DNA of 64,000 nt from Abditibacterium sp. (lineage in GTDB: Bacteria > Armatimonadota > Abditibacteriia > Abditibacteriales > Abditibacteriaceae), in NCBI GenBank assembly GCA_965199495.1, contig CBDASK010000003.1:1696001-1760000 (forward strand), read 5' to 3'. The first letter of the stretch is position 1, and each line of letters opens with the position of its first letter. The notes beneath the pieces are model-generated. The model was given only the letters and a program-made list of their open reading frames with translations, made no database searches and had not been told where the DNA came from. Both the position numbers and the translations under genes were made by a program. Below are positions 1 to 10,840 of this stretch, one piece after another.

Positions 1-109
1 GTTTTCAATCGGTCGCGAATTTTTTGAGCGGTCGCTTTGCCGTCGAGCCAAATCGGTGAATTTTCCATCGGTGCGAGTTTAGCAAGCGCGCGTGTTGATT
101 TGGCCGAAT

Positions 110-447
110 GGTTTTTTGACCACAAAAACACAGAAATCACAAAGGTCACAAAAAAGACAAAAGGTTTTGATGAACCGTTTCTGAATGAAGAAAGTTCGAC
201 GAACTCTTTTGTCTTTAGGAGTTACGCAGTTTCCTGCGCCTGTCATTTCGAGCGAAGCCGAGAAATCTTTCGGCCCCGCGCCAGCGGAAGTCATAGACAA
301 CTTTGAACGCGAAAACCGCTTGAACGGCGCTGCCGCGCGGGTGCAAGATTTCTCGGCTCCGCTCGAAATGACAAATTGGAGCCAACTGCGTAACTCCTGT
401 CTTTTTTGTGACCTTTGTGATTTCTGTGTTTTTGTGGTCAAAAAACC
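110..447. repeat. Long palindromic element (family C) with 50-bp perfect inverted arms, interrupted by a MITE
   Basis: 110-159 is the exact reverse complement of 398-447; arm and spacer resemble the intact copy at 30759-30899. Confidence 0.9.
217..398. mobile_element. 182-bp MITE with 15-bp terminal inverted repeats and 6-bp target-site duplication
   Basis: TIRs AGGAGTTACGCAGTT (217-231) / AACTGCGTAACTCCT (384-398); GTCTTT duplicated at 211-216 and 399-404; internal palindromic pair 241-268 / 346-373. Confidence 0.85.
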
Positions 448-461
448 GTCTAATCAGACCG

Positions 462-1844
462 TCAATATCCGCGCCCGTCTTTTTTGCGCCGATTGCGTTC
501 GTTGATAAGCGCCTTGAGATTCTCTTTTTCCAAATCGGTAAACGCGCGTCGAATGCGGTTCGAACTCCATTTGGGGTTGGGGCGATACCACGGTTTGTCC
601 TCGAACTGCGCCTGATAATTTTTGTCGCCGAAAGTTTGGCCGTAGCGCGCGAACATTTCGTTGGTCATGTAGCGCAAGTCGTCGTCGGACAAGCGAGTCA
701 AACCGTCGGGCGAGAGTTGGCGCGTGCGCGTTTGCGCGAAACGCTCGCCCGGCAAACGGTCGGGTGAATCGTCGCGAATGGGAGCGTCCGCGTCCGATGG
801 CGTCGGTTCGGGCGTAACGTTGGAATTTGAATCGGAGTCATCGGGCGCGGTTTGCGATTCATCCGTCGGTTCGGGAATCGGCGTTGGCTCCGGCGTGGCT
901 GTGGGTTCGGGCGTGGGCGTGGGTTGCGCTTCGGGCAACGGCGGCGCGGTGAATTCGGTGGCGGGCGGCGCGTCGGGGCCGGGATTGAGCGGCGCGTCGG
1001 GTTGTGCGTTGGGGTCGGACGTCGCGATGTTGTAGCGCCGCTTTTTCGATTGCAACGCGTCGAGAACGTCGCGCGGCGGCGCCCATTGCGGATACAAGCG
1101 CGGTTCGGCGGCGATCCAATTATCAATGGCTATGCTGGCGGCGGTGAGCTTGCGCGCCATCTCTTCGCGCGCCGTTTTATATTTGCGAAACGCCGCGCCC
1201 GCCTCGCGCGCAACTTCCACGCTCTGGCCGACGAACTCGTCGCCCGACGGCGGCACATAAGGCGAATTCAAACCCGCATCGTTGGCTGCGGCGATCTCTT
1301 CGAGGGCGTCGTGGCGGCTGGCGACTTCCAATTTTTGGCGCGTAACGGCTTCTTCGGCGCGCACGTATTCGTTCTCGATTTCCATCAATTGCACCAGATT
1401 GTCAACGTCACTTTGATAATCTGGGGCAACCATCGTGCGCAACTTGCGCACGAGCGTGTCGCGGTCGCTTTTGTTTTTGGCGGTGCGATTGAAAAATTCG
1501 GCGTAAGTGATATTTTGTGAACCGTCGGCGCCCAAAATCTCCAGCACGAGCGCGTTATCGTTGCGCACAATGGCGCCGATGCGCTCGCGCAAGTCGGCCA
1601 GTCGCGCGTTTTCGGCGCGTTTGCCCGACCAGATTCCACCGCCGATCATCACTAAAATCAAAACGATGGCGCCGAACGCGGGCCAAAACCAACGCGGCAA
1701 CGCGCGCGCTGGCGATTGTGGCTCGTCCTCGTCCGCGTTGTCTTCCAAATTTTCGGTGGGCGCATCGAATTCTGCCGGATCGAAATCGTCGTCGAATTCA
1801 TCGGGCGACTCGTCCATCGGTTCGTCAAAGGGCGTGCGTTCCAT
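462..1844 (-). CDS. Membrane-anchored protein with Pro/Thr-rich linker and C-terminal YARHG domain
   Basis: Acidic N-terminus, one TM helix, PTPEPT linker, C-terminal NEMFARYGQTF...F..KPWY motif; start chosen at ATG 1844 (ORF open to 1937). Confidence 0.8.
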   Translation of the reverse strand: MERTPFDEPMDESPDEFDDDFDPAEFDAPTENLEDNADEDEPQSPARALPRWFWPAFGAIVLILVMIGGGIWSGKRAENARLADLRERIGAIVRNDNALVLEILGADGSQNITYAEFFNRTAKNKSDRDTLVRKLRTMVAPDYQSDVDNLVQLMEIENEYVRAEEAVTRQKLEVASRHDALEEIAAANDAGLNSPYVPPSGDEFVGQSVEVAREAGAAFRKYKTAREEMARKLTAASIAIDNWIAAEPRLYPQWAPPRDVLDALQSKKRRYNIATSDPNAQPDAPLNPGPDAPPATEFTAPPLPEAQPTPTPEPTATPEPTPIPEPTDESQTAPDDSDSNSNVTPEPTPSDADAPIRDDSPDRLPGERFAQTRTRQLSPDGLTRLSDDDLRYMTNEMFARYGQTFGDKNYQAQFEDKPWYRPNPKWSSNRIRRAFTDLEKENLKALINERNRRKKDGRGY

Positions 1845-1957
1845 TGGGTTAAGTGTGGCAATTCGCGCGCGGTCGCGTGCAAAGATGACGAAACGCAACG
1901 CGCCGCGCCCGACAAACGTTTGGCTGACAGTCGCCATCCAAACGGCGTTTCTTAACT

Positions 1958-2320
1958 ATGAAAATTTATGTTGCTTCCCTTCTTGGCCTTTCGACGATCT
2001 GCGCATCCAGCGCTCTGTTAATCGCCGCGCCCAAAAAGCCCGCCGTCGCCAAAGCGCCGCAAAAAGTGACAATCACTTTGCCGATGGACTACAAAAACGC
2101 GCCCGCCGCCACCGTCAAAGCGGGTCAACCCGTCGCATTGACGTTTTATTTAAAAAGCGAGGCCGATTGCGGCGATACCATTACCCTGCCCGCCGCCAAA
2201 TGGAAGAAAACGCTGAAAGTCGGCGAAAAAGCCACCGTCGTTTACACGCCCACCAAAACCGGCAAACTCACCTTTGCGTGTGGTATGAACATGATGAAAG
2301 GCTCGCTTTTGGTCAAATAA
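1958..2320 (+). CDS. Secreted cupredoxin-domain protein
   Basis: Signal peptide; C-terminal FACGMNMMKG copper motif; upstream of csoR-copZ-copA. Confidence 0.85.
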   Translation: MKIYVASLLGLSTICASSALLIAAPKKPAVAKAPQKVTITLPMDYKNAPAATVKAGQPVALTFYLKSEADCGDTITLPAAKWKKTLKVGEKATVVYTPTKTGKLTFACGMNMMKGSLLVK

Positions 2321-2404
2321 AACCATTCTCGTTCCGTGCGGTAAACTTCGACCGTTTCAAATGTCTAACAGTTGGCGCGCTCGGCGCGTTTATCCCACTC
2401 CGCA

Positions 2405-2695
2405 ATGAACGAAGAACTCCGCAAGAAATCGCGCGCGCGCATCAATCGCATTAACGGCCAAGTCACCGGCATCGGCAAAATGATTGACGAAGAGCGTTAT
2501 TGTCTCGACATCCTCAACCAAGTCGCCGCCGCCCGCGCCGCGCTCGACGCGCTGGGCGTCGAAGTGCTGACCAGCCACCTCGAATCGTGTGTCGTTGGCC
2601 ACGGCACCGATTCGCAGCACGAATGCGCCAAAGCCCTGACCCAAGAAGAATTAGTCGAAGAAGTGCGCGCCTCGCTCAAACGTTTTCTGCGCTAA
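2405..2695 (+). CDS. csoR: CsoR/RcnR-family metal-sensing repressor
   Basis: RINRINGQVTGI...YCLDILNQ...HLESCV (Cys-His-Cys ligands). Confidence 0.9.
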   Translation: MNEELRKKSRARINRINGQVTGIGKMIDEERYCLDILNQVAAARAALDALGVEVLTSHLESCVVGHGTDSQHECAKALTQEELVEEVRASLKRFLR

Positions 2696-2744
2696 TAAGC
2701 GCCAAAGGCGGGAACGCGGCGCGCTTTTCGCGCTTCTATTTCAT

Positions 2745-2761
2745 ATACCCCCACAATGTAT
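2745..2761. promoter_or_regulatory. Putative CsoR operator
   Basis: ATAC-CCCCACAAT-GTAT (ATAC-N9-GTAT with C-tract) 16 nt upstream of the copZ ATG, matching the known CsoR operator layout. Confidence 0.6.
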
Positions 2762-2776
2762 TTGGTGGATAATTCA

Positions 2777-2983
2777 ATGGAAACTCTCAATTTAAAAATC
2801 AGTGGAATGTCGTGCGCGATGTGCGTTGGTCACGTTACCGGCGCGCTACAAGCCACGCCGGGCGTGACCAACGCTGTCGTTGATCTGGATTCGCACAGCG
2901 CGCGCGTCGAAGGCGAAAATTTGGACATCGAACAGCTCAAAGCCGCCGTCGAAGAAGAAGGCTACGAAGCGGAAGTCGCGTAA
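2777..2983 (+). CDS. copZ: Copper chaperone (HMA domain)
   Basis: GMSCAMC motif, 68 aa, ends EEEGY. Confidence 0.9.
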   Translation: METLNLKISGMSCAMCVGHVTGALQATPGVTNAVVDLDSHSARVEGENLDIEQLKAAVEEEGYEAEVA

Positions 2984-2986
2984 AAC

Positions 2987-5305
2987 ATGAGCCAGATGCT
3001 GGAAAAGATTTCAACCCAGAGCGCCGATTTGCCGCTGCTGGGAATGCACTGTGCCGCCTGCGCCAATCGTATCGAGAAGGCGCTCAATCGCGCGCCGGGC
3101 GTCGAAAGTTGCAACGTCAACTACGCCACCGAGCGCGCGACGGTCGCTTACGATCCGGCGCGAACCGACGCGCACAAGTTGCGCGAAGCCGTCAAAAAAG
3201 CCGGTTACGACGCGATTGTGCCCGATGAACAGAGCGGCGACGAAGCGAATTCACATCACGAGGCGGGCGCCGTGGCTGATGCCGAGAGCGAGGCGCGCGC
3301 GCAGGAATATGCGGCGCAAAAACGCAAGTTCACCGGCGCGCTGGCGTTGACGATTCCGGTCGCGATTTTAGGCATGGGCGGGCATTTTTTTCCTTCGCTG
3401 CAAAGTGCGCTCAACTTTCCCGGTCGCGAATGGATCGAGTTGGTTTTGACTTCGGTTGTGCTGTTTTGGGCGGGCGGCGAGTTTTTTAGCGGCGCCTTCA
3501 CGGCGGCCAAACATCGCGCCGCCGATATGAACACGCTCGTCGCGATTGGCACTTTTACGGCTTACGCGTTTAGCGTGGTCGCGACGTTCGCGCCCGGTTT
3601 GTTTCACGCGGACGCGGCGATGAAAAGTTCGATGGTTTATTACGAAACCGCCGCCATCGTCGTGACTTTAATTTTGATGGGCCGCTTGCTCGAAGCGCGG
3701 GCGCGCGCCCGCACCGGCGGCGCGATTCGCGCGTTGATGGGACTGCAAGCCAAAACGGCGCGCGTGCAACGCGACGGCGTCGAGCGCGATATTCCCATCG
3801 AACAGGTGCGCGTCGGCGATTTAATTACGGTGCGGCCCGGCGAGAAAATCCCGGTTGACGGAGTGATCGAAGACGGCCAATCGAGCGTGGGCGAATCCAT
3901 GCTGACGGGCGAACCGTCGCCCGTCAAAAAGGCGGCGGGCGACGAAGTTATCGGCGCGACTTTGAACCAAACCGGCAGCTTTCGTTTTCGCGCGACTAAA
4001 GTCGGCAAAGATACGACATTGCAGGGCATCGTGCGTTTGGTGCAACAGGCGCAGGGCAGCAAAGCGCCAATTCAACATTTGGCCGACGCGATTTCGGGCG
4101 TTTTCGTGCCGATTGTGATTTGCATCGCCATCGCGACTTTCGTGATTTGGTTCCTCGCGTCGCCCCTCGAAAACCGTTTACAAATGGCGCTTTTGACCAG
4201 CGTTTCGGTTTTGGTCATCGCCTGTCCGTGCGCGCTGGGATTGGCCACGCCGACCGCAATTATGGTCGGGACGGGGCGCGGCGCGAGCGCGGGCATTTTG
4301 ATCAAAAGCGGGCAAGCCCTCGAAACCGCCTACAAACTCGACACAATTGTGCTGGATAAAACTGGCACAATCACGCAGGGTTCGCCGAGCGTAACGGATA
4401 TAGTGGCGATTTCCGATGAGAACGAATTATTGCGATTGGCGGCATCCGCCGAGCGTGGCAGCGAGCATCCGTTGGGCGAAGCGATGGTGCGCGCGGCGCG
4501 GGAGCGCGAGTTGAAACTTAGCGACGCCAGCGATTTCAACGCGATTGCCGGACAGGGCATCGTGGCGCGCGTTGAGGGGCGCGAACTGTTGATTGGCAAT
4601 TTGAAGTTGATGCAATCGCATCAAATCGCGCCCGACGAAACGCGGGCGCAGGAGTTGGCGCGGCAGGGGAAAACGCCAACGTTTGTGGCAATTGACGGCG
4701 CGTTCGCCGGGATTATCGCCATCGCCGATCCGATTAAAGCGGGTTCGCGCGCGGGCATCGAGAAACTCCGCGCGTTGGGTCTGGAAGTCGCGATGTTGAC
4801 GGGCGACAATGCAGCCACGGCGAACGCCATTGCGCATCAAGTTGGGATTACGCGCGTGTTGGCCGAGGTTGTGCCCGCCGAAAAAGCCGCCGAAATTCAG
4901 CAGTTGCAGGCGCAGGGCAAAATTGTGGCGATGGTTGGCGACGGCATCAACGACGCGCCCGCTTTAGCCCAGGCCCATGTCGGAATCGCGATGGGAACCG
5001 GCACTGACATCGCGCTCGAAGCCGCCGATATTACACTCGTCAAAGGCGATTTGAACGGCGTCGCGGCCAGCATCGGTTTGTCGCGCGCCACGGTTGGGAA
5101 CATCCGGCAAAATTTGTTCTTCGCGTTCGTTTACAACATCATCGGAATCCCGATTGCGGCGGGCGTTTTGTATCCGTTCACCGGCCATTTGCTGTCGCCG
5201 ATTCTGGCGAGTCTGGCGATGGCTTTGTCCAGCGTGAGCGTGATTACTAACGCGTTGCGTCTGCGCGGGTTTAAAGTCGCGCGGGGAGAAACAAACGATG
5301 GATAA
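2987..5305 (+). CDS. copA: Copper-translocating P1B-type ATPase
   Basis: GMHCAAC, TGEP, CPC, DKTGT, SEHP, GDGIND, YN and MALSS motifs. Confidence 0.97.
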   Translation: MSQMLEKISTQSADLPLLGMHCAACANRIEKALNRAPGVESCNVNYATERATVAYDPARTDAHKLREAVKKAGYDAIVPDEQSGDEANSHHEAGAVADAESEARAQEYAAQKRKFTGALALTIPVAILGMGGHFFPSLQSALNFPGREWIELVLTSVVLFWAGGEFFSGAFTAAKHRAADMNTLVAIGTFTAYAFSVVATFAPGLFHADAAMKSSMVYYETAAIVVTLILMGRLLEARARARTGGAIRALMGLQAKTARVQRDGVERDIPIEQVRVGDLITVRPGEKIPVDGVIEDGQSSVGESMLTGEPSPVKKAAGDEVIGATLNQTGSFRFRATKVGKDTTLQGIVRLVQQAQGSKAPIQHLADAISGVFVPIVICIAIATFVIWFLASPLENRLQMALLTSVSVLVIACPCALGLATPTAIMVGTGRGASAGILIKSGQALETAYKLDTIVLDKTGTITQGSPSVTDIVAISDENELLRLAASAERGSEHPLGEAMVRAARERELKLSDASDFNAIAGQGIVARVEGRELLIGNLKLMQSHQIAPDETRAQELARQGKTPTFVAIDGAFAGIIAIADPIKAGSRAGIEKLRALGLEVAMLTGDNAATANAIAHQVGITRVLAEVVPAEKAAEIQQLQAQGKIVAMVGDGINDAPALAQAHVGIAMGTGTDIALEAADITLVKGDLNGVAASIGLSRATVGNIRQNLFFAFVYNIIGIPIAAGVLYPFTGHLLSPILASLAMALSSVSVITNALRLRGFKVARGETNDG

Positions 5306-5522
5306 CGCACAAATCAGCGTCTTGGTCGGCGGCGTGGCTGCTATCGCGGGCGTGCTGTGGTTTTTCTTCGGCGCACGCGAAGAAGAAACTGGCGCCGAAA
5401 AAGTGGACGGGCCAATTTACGCGTGCCCGATGCACGCATGGATTACGAGCGATGACGCGGCGGCCAATTGCTCGATTTGCGGGATGAAATTGGTTTTGCA
5501 AGAGCAGCCCAACAAAAAATAG
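5298..5522 (+). CDS. Small membrane protein with heavy-metal-binding domain
   Basis: One TM helix then YACPMH...CSICGMKL; overlaps the copA stop. Confidence 0.8.
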   Translation: MDNAQISVLVGGVAAIAGVLWFFFGAREEETGAEKVDGPIYACPMHAWITSDDAAANCSICGMKLVLQEQPNKK

Positions 5523-5568
5523 CGGCCCCGCGTTCTCTACATGGACGCTATTTTTTTGTTGGCTCGAT

Positions 5569-7632
5569 TCATCGTCGGAACGGATTCAGAATGCTGACAG
5601 CCGCTAAAACGCTCGACAAAGTCGAAGGCTTATTATTCGCTTCGGGCACATAAACCACGTCGCCCGCGCGTATGGGGAGCGACGAGACCAGCACATCGCC
5701 CTTTTTCTGATTGAGATTGACTTCGGTGCGGTCAACGCCATCGGGCGTCGAGCGGATGATGGCGATTTTGTTCAACTGCGCGCCGGGAACCGGGCCGCCC
5801 GCCAGACTTAAACTTTCGCCCAAAGTCACCGTGCCGATGGCGGGCACCGCGTAATAATCGGAGGTTTTGACGCCGCCGACCACGTAAATCAGATTATCGG
5901 CGCGTGCCACCACGACGTAATCGCCATCGCGCAGCAAGATCGGCGGCGCGGCGGCGCCACGCAACAACGCCTCGCGCACGTTGACGACTTCGCTCGTGCC
6001 GTCGGCGTGACGAATGGTCACGTTGTCCAAACTCGCCTGCGAGGTTTTGCCGTCGGCGCGCGCGATAACGTCCACCAAATTGGTGCCCGGCGCCACTTCA
6101 AAGGCGCCCGGTTTTTTGACTTCGCCCGAAATCGTCACGCGCACCGCGACAATCGCTTCGACTGTCACGCGGTCGCCATCGTAAACGCGTTCGTTCAAAA
6201 CGCGCGCGTCGGTGCCGTTGCCGCCATTGCGCGCGAGGGCAGCAGCCACCGGCAAGCCCGGCGTGGCTATTGCGTTTGTCGAAGTGATGACCGTTTCGCC
6301 CTTGCTCGCGGCGACTTCGCGCATACGGTCGAGCAGCGTTTTTGGCGGCGCGGGCGTGGCTGTTATAGCTTGCGTGGAATTCACCGGAATTCGCGCGGCT
6401 TGATTATTCGCCGCCACGTTTTGTGCCGCGTGTTCGACGCGAATCAGCGATTGCGCGGCGGGCGCGCTCAGGCCACCGGCGGCGATAATCACGTCGGTGA
6501 CGCGCGGGTTGGTCGCGGTTTCGAGCGTATAAGTGCCCGGCTTGACAACGGCTCCGAAAATCGTGACGCCGCGCGCTTCGGGAACGGTGACGACATCGCC
6601 GCTTTGCAAACTCAGGTTTTGGCTGTCGTCGCCCAAAACTGTCAGCGCATACAAATCGAGCGGCACGGTTTGTCCGTTTTTGCGTGTCAAGGTGGCGCGC
6701 GTCAAAGCGGCGCGCGGCGCGGCGCCGCCCGCTTCGGCGAGGGCCTGCGCCAGTTGCAGCGGCTTGGCGGCATCGAGCGCGAAATAACCCGGTTTGGCGA
6801 CGGCGCCCAAAATCGCGATGCGGTCATTCGAGGGTGAAATCACGATCAAATCGCCCGGCTGCACTTTGGTTTCGTTGGTGTTGCCCGGCGCCAGATTCAG
6901 CACGCCCGTCGCGCCGTTTTTGCGCGTCACCGTGACCGCGCGCGAGGCGCCGGGCGCGAAACCGCCCGCCAAAGCGATGGCGTCGCTAATCGAAGCGCCG
7001 CGCGGCGCTTCGATGGCGCCCGGCGCCACGACTTGTCCGGCCACGCGAATCGGAATCGTGCTTTCGATGATGCGCAGATTATCGCCCGCTTGCAATGGAC
7101 GATTTTCGCTCGAACCACTGTTGCGCAAAACGTTGAGCAAATTCAGCATGATAGCGGGACTTCCCTGTCGGCTAAAAGTCGCCGAGGCGGTTTCGGGCGA
7201 AGTCGTCAGACCGCCCGCCGCCGCAATCGCTTCGGAGATGCGCCAGTTGGGGCCGATCTCAAAGAGGCCCGGCGTTTTGACCGCGCCCGAAACCGAGATT
7301 TGGCGGGGCCGCGATTGCACCAGCGTCACCGTCACCGTCGGATCGTTGAGTTGGCGCGACAAGCCGTTGCGCACGATAGCAGTGATTTCGCCCGTCGTTT
7401 TGCCCGATGCCACAACCGAACCCACAAACGGCAGACGAATGCGCCCGCCCGGATCGACTTCGATTTTTTCGGCGCTCAGTTCGGGGTGGCGCAAAACCGC
7501 GACGCTCAAAACGTCGCGCGGCCCCAGCCGATAATCTTGCGCCGCAGCGACCTGATACAAAGAAGCAATCGCGACGAAAAACAACAGCCACGTCGAGGCC
7601 AGAGACTGGCGAAAAGATACAATTTGGGACAT
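5569..7632 (-). CDS. Polysaccharide export protein (Poly_export plus multiple SLBB repeats; Wza/KpsD-like)
   Basis: DYRLGPRDVLSV...GRIRLPFVG; repeated GxVxxPG...AIAxAGG SLBB units. Confidence 0.88.
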   Translation of the reverse strand: MSQIVSFRQSLASTWLLFFVAIASLYQVAAAQDYRLGPRDVLSVAVLRHPELSAEKIEVDPGGRIRLPFVGSVVASGKTTGEITAIVRNGLSRQLNDPTVTVTLVQSRPRQISVSGAVKTPGLFEIGPNWRISEAIAAAGGLTTSPETASATFSRQGSPAIMLNLLNVLRNSGSSENRPLQAGDNLRIIESTIPIRVAGQVVAPGAIEAPRGASISDAIALAGGFAPGASRAVTVTRKNGATGVLNLAPGNTNETKVQPGDLIVISPSNDRIAILGAVAKPGYFALDAAKPLQLAQALAEAGGAAPRAALTRATLTRKNGQTVPLDLYALTVLGDDSQNLSLQSGDVVTVPEARGVTIFGAVVKPGTYTLETATNPRVTDVIIAAGGLSAPAAQSLIRVEHAAQNVAANNQAARIPVNSTQAITATPAPPKTLLDRMREVAASKGETVITSTNAIATPGLPVAAALARNGGNGTDARVLNERVYDGDRVTVEAIVAVRVTISGEVKKPGAFEVAPGTNLVDVIARADGKTSQASLDNVTIRHADGTSEVVNVREALLRGAAAPPILLRDGDYVVVARADNLIYVVGGVKTSDYYAVPAIGTVTLGESLSLAGGPVPGAQLNKIAIIRSTPDGVDRTEVNLNQKKGDVLVSSLPIRAGDVVYVPEANNKPSTLSSVLAAVSILNPFRR

Positions 7633-7992
7633 CGTTAAAACAAAACCAATTAAGGATGGCAAACCCACAGCGTGCGTTGCCAGCCATAAATCTCAACTCA
7701 AAGGCGCTACTCCACAGAAACAAACAATTAGCCATTTGAATCAAGCGACGGTCGAACGCTCGTCAAAAAAGAAAGTTTTGCTCAAGCACGTATTTTGACA
7801 TATTATAAGTTTGCTGGCAGCAAACTTCCGGGCGCGTGAATTGCCATTCATTTATCTAATTACAGTTTTCCGCAAAATTAACGGGGAAAATCTTAAAATT
7901 TCATCTCAGTTCTTGGCAATAACATGGCAATCTATAAATCACCGACGCAAAATCGCCAACTCAATCGAATTACCGCGACGAGCAGACACGTT

Positions 7993-8250
7993 ATGCCCAA
8001 CCCGAATTTCAGTTTCCTTAAAAATTCATGGCCGCTTTCCAAGGGGACTCAATCCGCTTCCAATTTTGAGGCGCTCACCGCCGTCGAAGCCGATGCTCTA
8101 CCCGTCGAGTTGAGTTTGGGAACGCCGCACGCCGTGTTCGCATTGGTGCGCGACAGCCTCAACATTTTGGGCGCGTTCGCCTTGGGCAAAGAAGCGCGCC
8201 TGTCGCGCAATCACTCCGCCCAACTCTGCGAATTGATGAATGTCGGATAG
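7993..8250 (+). CDS. Small hypothetical protein or gene remnant
   Basis: 85-aa ORF ending at a convergent terminator; no recognisable domain. Confidence 0.3.
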   Translation: MPNPNFSFLKNSWPLSKGTQSASNFEALTAVEADALPVELSLGTPHAVFALVRDSLNILGAFALGKEARLSRNHSAQLCELMNVG

Positions 8251-8294
8251 CCGGATTTCAGATTTCGGATAAATTCATCACAATTTGTCGCATA

Positions 8295-8333
8295 AGAAAA
8301 CGCCCGCCTCTTTGTTTGACGGGCGCTTTTTCG
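8295..8333. terminator. Bidirectional terminator flanked by short TCCGAAA-type inverted repeats
   Basis: GAAAACGCCCG...CGGGCGCTTTTTC hairpin between convergent ORFs. Confidence 0.6.
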
Positions 8334-8357
8334 TATCCGAAATCCTAAAATCCGACA

Positions 8358-9566
8358 TTACGTCCAATACAAAATTTTGCCGTTGGGAAAACGCGCTTCG
8401 ATTTCGCGGGCGAACCAATTTTTGAGTTCTTTCATCGTTTCGCGCGGATAAACAAATTTCTGGCCGCCGAATTTGTTGCGTTTGATTTCGCGTTTGGCTT
8501 CGTCCAAATCGAGCGAGGTATTGGGATACCATTGCAGCAAAACGTCTTTGGAGCCGGGCGTGAAGCGATGGGTTATCAATTCAAACGTCAAATCGCATTC
8601 GAGATTTAGCGTCGCCGTGGCTTCATCGAGCAGCTTGGTATAGTGCGCCTGCCAATCGTCCATCGGCATAATCGGCGCGATAACCAAACCAATCGGATAA
8701 CCAGCCACGGCGAGCTTGCGCAGCGCGATCAAGCGTGCCGGAACGTTGGCGGTGCCGCCTTCCAATTTGCTCGAAACCGGCTCGGCGTTGACGCTGGCGC
8801 GAAAACGCGTTTGGCCGTTGTGCGGCAAATCGAGCAAATCATCCACGGCGTCGAACTTGGAAACGCTGCGCAAAAACCCGCGCTCGCGCGTCCCGAAGTA
8901 GCGAATGGACTGCGCCAAACTGCCCGTCAAATGTTCGATGCCAAGTGGATCGGTGTAGCACGAAACCTCGAACGAAGTCGAATCTTCGCGCCCACGTTCG
9001 GCAGTCGGCGACACGCCCGCCTTGAAGCCGCGGGGTCGCGCCGCCACGCGTTCCATCGTTTCGTATTGCGGCAAATTGCTCAGAATTTCGTCCAAATTGG
9101 CGAACACTTTCACGACGGGCGGGCCGGATAATGAACCGGCCAAATAGCAATATTGGCAATGCGCCGGGCAACCTTCGGCCAAATGATATTGCCAGTCGGC
9201 GGACGGCGGAATCGGCTGCAATTTCAGGTAAGACGGCGGCGAAACTTTGACGATCAAAGTGCGCTTGGACGCCGCATAAGTTTTGCGCACGTCTTCTTGT
9301 TCCAAACCGCGCACGGCGTTGGCTTTAAGTTTCTCGACGGAGATGCCCAACTTTTCCACGCGCTCCAAAATGCGATTTCCGTGTTCGTGTTCGAGCGCGG
9401 CGCGCGTGAAAATCGCGCGCTGAGGCATCCACAATGGCGCCGAGCGCGGCGGCGTGGCTGCATGCGGGTCGCGGGTCTGTTTTTCGGCTTGGTTGACCGC
9501 ATCGAGTGGCAACGAGACACCGCCAAGATGCGGCACGGGCAAAGACGAAGGCGATTCGTGAATCAT
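8358..9566 (-). CDS. splB: Spore photoproduct lyase family radical SAM protein
   Basis: CPAHCQYC; FEVSCYTDPL; LITHRFT; KFGGQKFVY; C-terminal ILYWT. Confidence 0.88.
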   Translation of the reverse strand: MIHESPSSLPVPHLGGVSLPLDAVNQAEKQTRDPHAATPPRSAPLWMPQRAIFTRAALEHEHGNRILERVEKLGISVEKLKANAVRGLEQEDVRKTYAASKRTLIVKVSPPSYLKLQPIPPSADWQYHLAEGCPAHCQYCYLAGSLSGPPVVKVFANLDEILSNLPQYETMERVAARPRGFKAGVSPTAERGREDSTSFEVSCYTDPLGIEHLTGSLAQSIRYFGTRERGFLRSVSKFDAVDDLLDLPHNGQTRFRASVNAEPVSSKLEGGTANVPARLIALRKLAVAGYPIGLVIAPIMPMDDWQAHYTKLLDEATATLNLECDLTFELITHRFTPGSKDVLLQWYPNTSLDLDEAKREIKRNKFGGQKFVYPRETMKELKNWFAREIEARFPNGKILYWT

Positions 9567-9646
9567 GCGCGGGCGTTATGCAAGCCGCGCGCCCTAAATG
9601 GGACGCGCGCTACACTTTGGGCGCACGTTATCAACGACTTTATTCT

Positions 9647-10840
9647 ATGAAAACCGCGCATCTTTATCCGTTTCTGGGCCGCGACAAAGGCGGCATCGCC
9701 GCCTGTTTGCCGCCGATGCTGACCGCGCTCGAACAGGAAGGCATCGCGTGCCAATTAATATCGCAGCGCTTTCGCGGCGACGGCGATTTGACGGCGTTGG
9801 GATTGGAAAACACCGCGTTTGAAATCAAGCGCGCGCCGACGCGCGACCGTTCGGGATTAGGGCTTTCGCCGCAATTCAGTTCAATGGTTTGGCGTAGCGA
9901 AGCCGACGTTATTCATTCGCACGGTTTGTGGATGTGGAGCGACCGCGTGGCAAGTGCGGCGGCGCGCGGGTTGGGCAAACCGCACGTCATTTCGCCACAC
10001 GGAATGCTGGAACCGTGGGCGATGGCGAACTCGGCGCGCAAAAAACAGATGATGTGGCGCTTATTTCAAGGCCGCGCCCTCCATGACGCGCGCTGTTTGC
10101 ACGCGCTGTGCGAAGCCGAACGCGTTTCGATGCGCGCGCTGGGTTTGACCAATGCTATCGCCGTCGTGCCCAACGGCGTGAATCTAACGGAGTTCGACGA
10201 TTTGCCAGCGCGCGGTGAATTTGAAAGCGCGTTTCCCGCCGTCAAAGACCGGCGAGTTTTGTTGTTTATGGCGCGCTTGCATCCCAAAAAAGGCTTGGTG
10301 CCTTTACTTGGCGCGTGGCAAAAATTGGCGCGCCAATTTCCCGATTGGGTTCTGGTTATCGCTGGCCCCGACGAAAACGGGCATCGCGCCGAACTGGAAG
10401 CGATTATCGCGGCGGAAAAGCTGGAAATTTCGGTAATTTTCGCCGGAATGTTGAACGGCGAACTGAAACGCGCGGCGTTGGTGCGCGCCGATGCGTTTGT
10501 TTTGCCGTCGTTTAGCGAAGGTTTCAGCATCGCGATTTTAGAAGCGATGGCGTGCGCCCTGCCGGTTTTGCTGACGCCCGAATGTCATTTTCCCGACGCC
10601 GTCGAATGCGGCGCGGCCATCGAATGCGCGCCCCAAGAGGATTCGCTCGAAATGGGTTTGCGCGAATTGTTGGAAAAAAGCGAGGCCGAACGCGCCACGA
10701 TGGGCGCGCGCGGGCGCGATTTGGTCGCGCAGAAATATACATGGAAAAGCGTCGCGCAGGATTGGAAGCAACTTTACCAATGGTGCGAAGGCGAAAGTTC
10801 GGCGCCATCATTTGTTGAAATTGGGATGCCAGAGCGGTAG
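9647..10840 (+). CDS. Glycosyltransferase family 4
   Basis: HSHGLW, SPHGML, RLHPKKG, SFSEGFSIAILEAMA. Confidence 0.92.
   Translation: MKTAHLYPFLGRDKGGIAACLPPMLTALEQEGIACQLISQRFRGDGDLTALGLENTAFEIKRAPTRDRSGLGLSPQFSSMVWRSEADVIHSHGLWMWSDRVASAAARGLGKPHVISPHGMLEPWAMANSARKKQMMWRLFQGRALHDARCLHALCEAERVSMRALGLTNAIAVVPNGVNLTEFDDLPARGEFESAFPAVKDRRVLLFMARLHPKKGLVPLLGAWQKLARQFPDWVLVIAGPDENGHRAELEAIIAAEKLEISVIFAGMLNGELKRAALVRADAFVLPSFSEGFSIAILEAMACALPVLLTPECHFPDAVECGAAIECAPQEDSLEMGLRELLEKSEAERATMGARGRDLVAQKYTWKSVAQDWKQLYQWCEGESSAPSFVEIGMPER

Noticed and set aside
37..505. Short ORFs with FCDLCDFCVFVVK Cys patterns (similar at 29948-31290)
   Set aside because: Translations of family C palindrome arms, not metal-binding proteins
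7993..8040. NFSFLKNSWP resembling a type I HsdR N-terminus
   Set aside because: Match too short and nothing downstream supports it
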